From NCBI GenBank assembly GCA_017501205.1, contig JAFVXM010000001.1, forward strand, positions 1 to 53,648: 53,648 nucleotides of DNA, written 5' to 3'. The stretch is from Clostridia bacterium (GTDB taxonomy: Bacteria; Bacillota; Clostridia; Christensenellales; Borkfalkiaceae). Shown one piece after another: positions 50,797-53,648 of the stretch. The translations under genes were made by a program, and so were the position numbers. The notes beneath the pieces are model-generated. The model did no database searches. It saw only the letters and a list, made by a program, of their open reading frames with translations, and was not told the DNA's origin. Position 1 is the first letter of the stretch; every line of letters starts with the position of its first letter.

Positions 50797-50907
50797 ATAA
50801 ACAAGGGCGATGCTAAATTGTTTGATGAGAGCTTGAAATGCCGTTAGGCGCAAAAGGCCATAAAACATGCGAAAAAGGCCACTTTTATATATTGATTGAG
50901 GTTTGAA

Positions 50908-51933
50908 ATGAAGGTTAAACTGTTAACGTGTGTGCTTCTTTTGGGATGCTTATCCCTTTTGGCCTGCAATGGGTGCGGGGCGAAAAGTGAAGAGCAAATA
51001 TTGACTGTAGAGCAGCTTCTTGAAAGCAAGCACCGCCTTGAGTATAACGAGGACGGTTCGTTCAGGGTGATGACGATTTCCGATACCCATATGGACGTGA
51101 GTTCTGATAAAAATGAGGTTCAAAGCATTTCAAACAGAATTAAAACGCTTGTGGATAGAGTTAACCCCAATCTTATAATTTTTACGGGGGATAACACCAT
51201 AAATTCAAGCACGAAAAACCTCTTGCGTAAAAACATAAACGCCTTGGTTGGTTATATAGAGCAAAAGCAAATTCCTTGGTGCCACGTGTATGGAAATCAC
51301 GACCACGAAAAAGCCCTTTCAAATGAAAAACAGCAGCCCGTGTGGGAGGAGTACCAATACTGCGTGTCTAAGGACGTTTCCTCGCTTTCGGGCACGGGTA
51401 ATTACGTTTTAGGTGTTTACAATAGGGACGGAAGCTTGGGTTCGCTTATCTGGTGCTTGGATTCGGGCACTTACGCTAACGGCGGATACGACTATATAAA
51501 GCAAGATCAAATTGATTGGTATAAGAAAACCTCGCTTGAAATTAACAATCACTGTGGGGGAATAGTCAATGGCATAATGGCGTTTCATATCCCACTTATA
51601 GAAAATAGAACGGCTAATGAATTAAAGGATTTCAGTCAAATCGTTTACGAGTATACGGGCAGCGTAAATGAAAAAATATGCTCATCTGAAACCGATACAA
51701 ACCTGCTTGAAACGATTTTTGAATTACAAAACGTGAAGGCGATAGTTACGGGGCACGATCACGTGAACGACTATATGTTTAATTATCAAGGCGTAAAGCT
51801 GTGTTCATCGCCAAACGTTAGCAGGTTAACTTATTTTGATGAAAATATTCAGGGCTGCAGGGTTTTTGATTTAAATTTAAACACTATTGATAACCTTCCT
51901 ACTCACGTAGAATATTTAAAAGCCCGCCGTTAA
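50908..51933 (+). CDS. calcineurin-like metallophosphoesterase lipoprotein
   Basis: GAGG RBS 6 nt before ATG 50908, lipobox SLLAC, motifs ISDTHMD, FTGDN, GNHDHE, GHDHVND. Confidence 0.85.
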   Translation: MKVKLLTCVLLLGCLSLLACNGCGAKSEEQILTVEQLLESKHRLEYNEDGSFRVMTISDTHMDVSSDKNEVQSISNRIKTLVDRVNPNLIIFTGDNTINSSTKNLLRKNINALVGYIEQKQIPWCHVYGNHDHEKALSNEKQQPVWEEYQYCVSKDVSSLSGTGNYVLGVYNRDGSLGSLIWCLDSGTYANGGYDYIKQDQIDWYKKTSLEINNHCGGIVNGIMAFHIPLIENRTANELKDFSQIVYEYTGSVNEKICSSETDTNLLETIFELQNVKAIVTGHDHVNDYMFNYQGVKLCSSPNVSRLTYFDENIQGCRVFDLNLNTIDNLPTHVEYLKARR

Positions 51934-52026
51934 CGGTTTTCTAAATATAAAAAGGTCGAATATACTTCTATATACTACACATAAGCTACCGCTTCGCTCT
52001 CAATCTATAACCGCTTTGTAAGGAAT

Positions 52027-52070
52027 AAAAACCCCCGTTTTTGTGCGAAAAACGGGGGTTTTATATTTTT
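52027..52070 (+). terminator. intrinsic terminator
   Basis: aaaaacccccgttttt-gtgcg-aaaaacgggggtttt plus a T-rich tail. Confidence 0.8.
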
Positions 52071-52314
52071 AAATTTCTTTATTTATAAGCCAATTTGGCG
52101 AAAGAACTGTTTGCAACGCAAAAGCGTGGATATATATTAAAAGGTTGAAAATATTTTTTGGTTTTAGTATGTTTTTATGAAATATGTGTAAAAATCCTAA
52201 AATGTTATGTTTTTTTCTCTATTGATTTATTTTTTCCGTATAGTATAATTTTAGTAGGATTCGATCAATTAGCGAGATTGAAGTTTAAACTATCATTGTA
52301 TTTTGGAGGAATTT

Positions 52315-53648
52315 ATGAAAAAAATTGCGTGGTTGCTGCTTTGTAGCCTTATCGGTGGTGTTTGTTTTTACGGAATGGCGTGTAAAGCAAAAAACGAACA
52401 ACCTAAAGAGCTTGCGGATAAGAATTTATATTTCGTAGAAGACGATTGGATTGAGCAAGCTGGCGATTGGGAGTTTAGCGATCGTATTCTCACACAAAAG
52501 CAAAATGGAAATGCAAACAGGATACTTTTAGACGAGGTAATAGACCAAAATTATCTTAACGTGTCTGTGGATATCAGGTTTGACGACAATGCAAGCGAAG
52601 CAGGTATCGAGTTTAGAGCGGATTATACATATAATTCAAAAGAAAGGCTTTGTGTTGCGATTGACAATAAAAACAGCAAGGTTGGCGCATATTTACAATC
52701 GGGTAGTAGGGTTGCGGCGGATAAAAGAAAGCATACGGTAATGCGGGGGCGTTGGTATCGTTTAAGGGTTGAGCTTTCAGGCGTGAGCGCAAATTATTAT
52801 ATTGACGAGCAACTTTTTTTAACAAGAAACGATGTAAGCCTTAAAGAGGATAGCGCATATATATGCCTTTATTCAAATGGCAGTAACGTTTCTTTTAGAA
52901 ATTTTGAGTATTCTACAAGCATAAACGATAGCTATACGTGGAAAAATCTTGTTTCTTCCTCAGATATAACAAAATCCGGATGGGAACGTTTTAACGCAAA
53001 CAAGTTTGAGTATCCGTATGTAGGGCTTGGCAGAACTACCTTATTGGTAGGTCCTTATGGTTTTCTTTCTCCTGAAGCTAATCGCCCGGGAATACAGTCA
53101 TATCAATACAAGAATGATCCTGCACTCATATATGATTATTGGTGGGATGACGCAATTAAGGTAACGCCGTTTTCCTTCAGCGGCGGATATTTAAAAAATG
53201 GCAGAGTTCGCAACGGTGAGGTTACAGAAGACGAAAGAACTGCTTACTATCAAAGCACAGACGTTGAAACGGGCCTTTTAACAACGGCATTGACGCTTGA
53301 TGTTGATGGAGATTACGTTGAAACGTTAAGGGAAATGATTGTTGATAAGAACGGTGTTGTTGCGTACAAAATTACGAACAAAACCAAACTGGATTTCGTG
53401 TTTGAGGTTGAAACCGAAGCTGGCTTCCACGCTAAATACACAGAGCTTAAAGATGGACTTATTGTGGAAAGTAATTTAAGAAAAGATACCGAAAACAAAG
53501 GTTATTTAGCAGTTAAGGCTGTTTCAAGCAAAGGAATTAACGTAGATGCCGAAAACGGAAAGATAACCTTTAAGGCAACCGATAAACCTATTTATATATA
53601 CCTTTCTCCTTCTTCCACCTTAAACGAAGGGGAGAATGCAAAAAACGG
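52315..53648 (+). CDS. Secreted protein/lipoprotein, 3' end outside the window: LamG/DUF1080-like beta-sandwich followed by an unidentified (possibly glycoside hydrolase) domain.
   Basis: Not in the supplied ORF track because it has no stop in the window. GGAGG lies 5 nt before ATG 52315, and the frame stays open for 444 codons to the window end. Signal peptide MKKIAWLLLCSLIGGVCFYGMAC. DDWIEQAGDWEFSDRILTQ...YRLRVELSG pattern. Confidence 0.75.
   Translation, partial: MKKIAWLLLCSLIGGVCFYGMACKAKNEQPKELADKNLYFVEDDWIEQAGDWEFSDRILTQKQNGNANRILLDEVIDQNYLNVSVDIRFDDNASEAGIEFRADYTYNSKERLCVAIDNKNSKVGAYLQSGSRVAADKRKHTVMRGRWYRLRVELSGVSANYYIDEQLFLTRNDVSLKEDSAYICLYSNGSNVSFRNFEYSTSINDSYTWKNLVSSSDITKSGWERFNANKFEYPYVGLGRTTLLVGPYGFLSPEANRPGIQSYQYKNDPALIYDYWWDDAIKVTPFSFSGGYLKNGRVRNGEVTEDERTAYYQSTDVETGLLTTALTLDVDGDYVETLREMIVDKNGVVAYKITNKTKLDFVFEVETEAGFHAKYTELKDGLIVESNLRKDTENKGYLAVKAVSSKGINVDAENGKITFKATDKPIYIYLSPSSTLNEGENAKN

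Noticed and set aside
52158-52346. 62-aa ORF from the track in the AT-rich spacer.
   Set aside because: It is an AT-rich promoter region with no RBS. It overlaps out of frame the RBS-supported start (52315) of the long ORF that continues to the window end.
1-53648. Looked for CRISPR arrays, tRNA/rRNA genes, IS elements, integrases and prophage boundaries.
   Set aside because: I found no regularly spaced direct repeats, no tRNA-like cloverleaf signatures in the intergenic regions inspected, and no transposase or integrase motifs in any ORF. By eye, absence cannot be absolute for small RNAs.

Overview
This window looks like a chromosomal segment from a spore-forming Bacillota (Clostridia-like) organism, and nearly all genes are on the + strand. 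The first ~32 kb is housekeeping: purB (reading frame broken once) and purA, a spoIIR-sleB-ypeB sporulation/germination block, GT8-cls, rarA, metK, comFC-secA, a radical-SAM/DUF2344/RNase G trio and addBA. An orphan phage-tail-fibre-like gene sits at 31.7-32.6 kb. The rest (32.8-53.6 kb) is a carbohydrate-utilisation region. It holds a GH78-like hydrolase, an AraR-type regulator, a CUT1-type ABC importer with no ATPase gene, a GxGYxYP-family lipoprotein and a 1,355-aa seven-module surface protein with no recognisable catalytic domain. Cytoplasmic GH38 and GH92 alpha-mannosidases follow, then two more lipoproteins, the last running off the window end and absent from the ORF track. I recognised no rRNA, tRNA, CRISPR array, transposase or integrase. 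The best candidate for an undescribed system is the surface module (GxGYxYP lipoprotein plus the seven-module anchored protein) co-transcribed with the mannoside importer. Secondary leads:
- the orphan tail-fibre-like gene;
- a G10 tract separating a strong-RBS mini-ORF from a hypothetical gene;
- two geometrically identical leaderless-mRNA candidates;
- a recurring terminator-hairpin sequence family.

All family calls rest on motifs read by eye from the translations; no database search was run.
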